The position numbers and the translations under genes are program-made. The notes beneath the pieces were generated by a model. It worked only from the letters and a program-made list of their open reading frames with translations. It was not told the DNA's origin and did no database searches. A stretch of 63,490 bases of DNA, counting the filler, from Reticulomyxa filosa (taxonomy: Eukaryota; Protista; Foraminifera), in NCBI GenBank assembly GCA_000512085.1. It is 14 parts of 14 records of this genome, joined end to end, with 100 filler letters (N's around TTAATTAATTAA, not from the genome) between each part and the next. Parts side by side here need not be neighbours in the genome. Positions count along the whole stretch, not along the records: positions 62,240 to 63,490 come from ASPP01002524.1; 13 more parts are not named here. One strand, given 5' to 3'. How positions within the stretch are numbered: position 1 is the stretch's first letter; each line of letters starts with the position of its first letter. Positions 62,240-63,490 of the stretch are shown piece after piece.

Positions 62240-63490
62240 TCATTAGCTTCATTATATTCTAAAATATTTTTAATACCACCTCTTAATTGTGAAAATAAAC
62301 TCCATATAGCTCTAGTTTCTGTAAATTCCATAACATGTTCTTTTTTAGTTATCCATTTTAATGCTTCATATACTATACCATTTTCTGTTTGAAATATTGG
62401 TGTTAAATAATCTACTACTGTATTATGTACTTTTTGCCAATCATTTAATGGACGTGATATTTCACCACCACCACTAGTCATACTAGGTTTAGCACGTAAT
62501 GTTTCTAATTGATTAAAGAATAACATTGGTAATGTTACACATTCTTCACTAAACCATACCATACCACAACGTGATACTGTTGCTGGTGTAGCTGCATTTA
62601 AATTTGGTGTTTCAAATATTATTCTTAAATTATCTGTTAATGATAATCTTTCACCATTAGGTAATGTTAACATTTTATTATCATCTAAAACTGAATTTAA
62701 ATTTTCTGCCCATTCAGGATCTACATCACCATCAAATACTATCCAATGACGTTTATTATTTTCACCATGTTGATTATCTATAATCATACGTAAAGTAGCA
62801 GTAAATACACCATCTGTCCATTCTAAAGTAGTAGGATCTAATATACCATATAATTGTTCTTTATTAATAGCTTTAGGATCTATTTCATATTTTTCTGTTT
62901 TTATACCATCTACTCTACGCATAGCTTCCATTAATACATCTCTTGCACTACTTTTACCAGAACCAGAAGGTCCTACTAACATAATACCCCAATTAATATC
63001 TTGTATAGTATGAAATTGCATTAATTTAATTAACCATTGTTCATCTACACGATAAAATCTTTCTTTAGCTACATCTAATATTCTTGCTTTTAATTCTTCT
63101 TCTTTAATACCATCTATATTAGCACCAGGAAATGCAGATTCTAATAAACTATCAAATAAAAATTTATCATTTAATACTAATTTAGGTACTACAGTACTCA
63201 TTAAAGATCTAATTAAAATACTTTCTTCCATTTCTGCAGGCATACGTATAATATCACCTTCTTTTGTTTTTTGTTCTTCCATTAATTTTTTAACTAAATA
63301 CATTTGTTCTTTTCTTTTTAAATTACCAGCACTTTTTAAAACTGCTTTTAAAGCACGTAAACCAAAATCATAATGACTTTGTTTAGATAATTGATCATTA
63401 CATAATTCAAATAATAAAACAATTTTAGATGATAATTGTTCTGCAGTACCAAAACCTTGTGAAAATAACATAACTTGTGCTATTAATACA
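62240..63490 (-). CDS. DYNC1H1: Cytoplasmic dynein 1 heavy chain, AAA1-AAA2 fragment
   Basis: QLSKQSHYDFGLRALKAVL, MLVGPSGSGKS, LDPTTLEWTDGVFT, WIVFDGDVDPEWAENLNSVLDDNKMLTLPNGERL, TVSRCGMVWFS. Confidence 0.95.

Overview
AT-rich eukaryotic (protist) DNA made of 14 segments joined by 13 artificial 100-nt linkers (N44-TTAATTAATTAA-N44). Gene neighbourhoods across linkers are therefore not reliable. The short introns, NACHT/WD40 gene content, abundant pseudogene debris and homopolymer runs suggest a foraminiferan such as Reticulomyxa filosa (inference). Recognisable housekeeping genes, many truncated by contig ends: Rab8, ZNF207/BuGZ, an MPPED-type metallophosphoesterase, TMEM184, GH25 lysozyme, G-beta, AMP deaminase, DDX46/Prp5, GNL3/Nug1, Bet1, kinesin-14, WNK kinase, OMA1 and cytoplasmic dynein heavy chain. 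Most interesting: (1) an NLR-like STAND gene fusing a RelA/SpoT-type nucleotidyltransferase to NACHT, pentapeptide repeats and 14 WD40 repeats with hypervariable surface positions; (2) a second NLR-like gene, NACHT-HEAT-ankyrin, ending in a possible cysteine-protease domain; (3) a Popeye-domain (POPDC/BVES-like) cAMP effector in a non-animal; (4) a 7TM-RGS fusion; (5) many introns with A-rich rather than pyrimidine-rich 3' ends; (6) a Tc1/mariner-like inverted-repeat pair with TA flanks straddling a linker.
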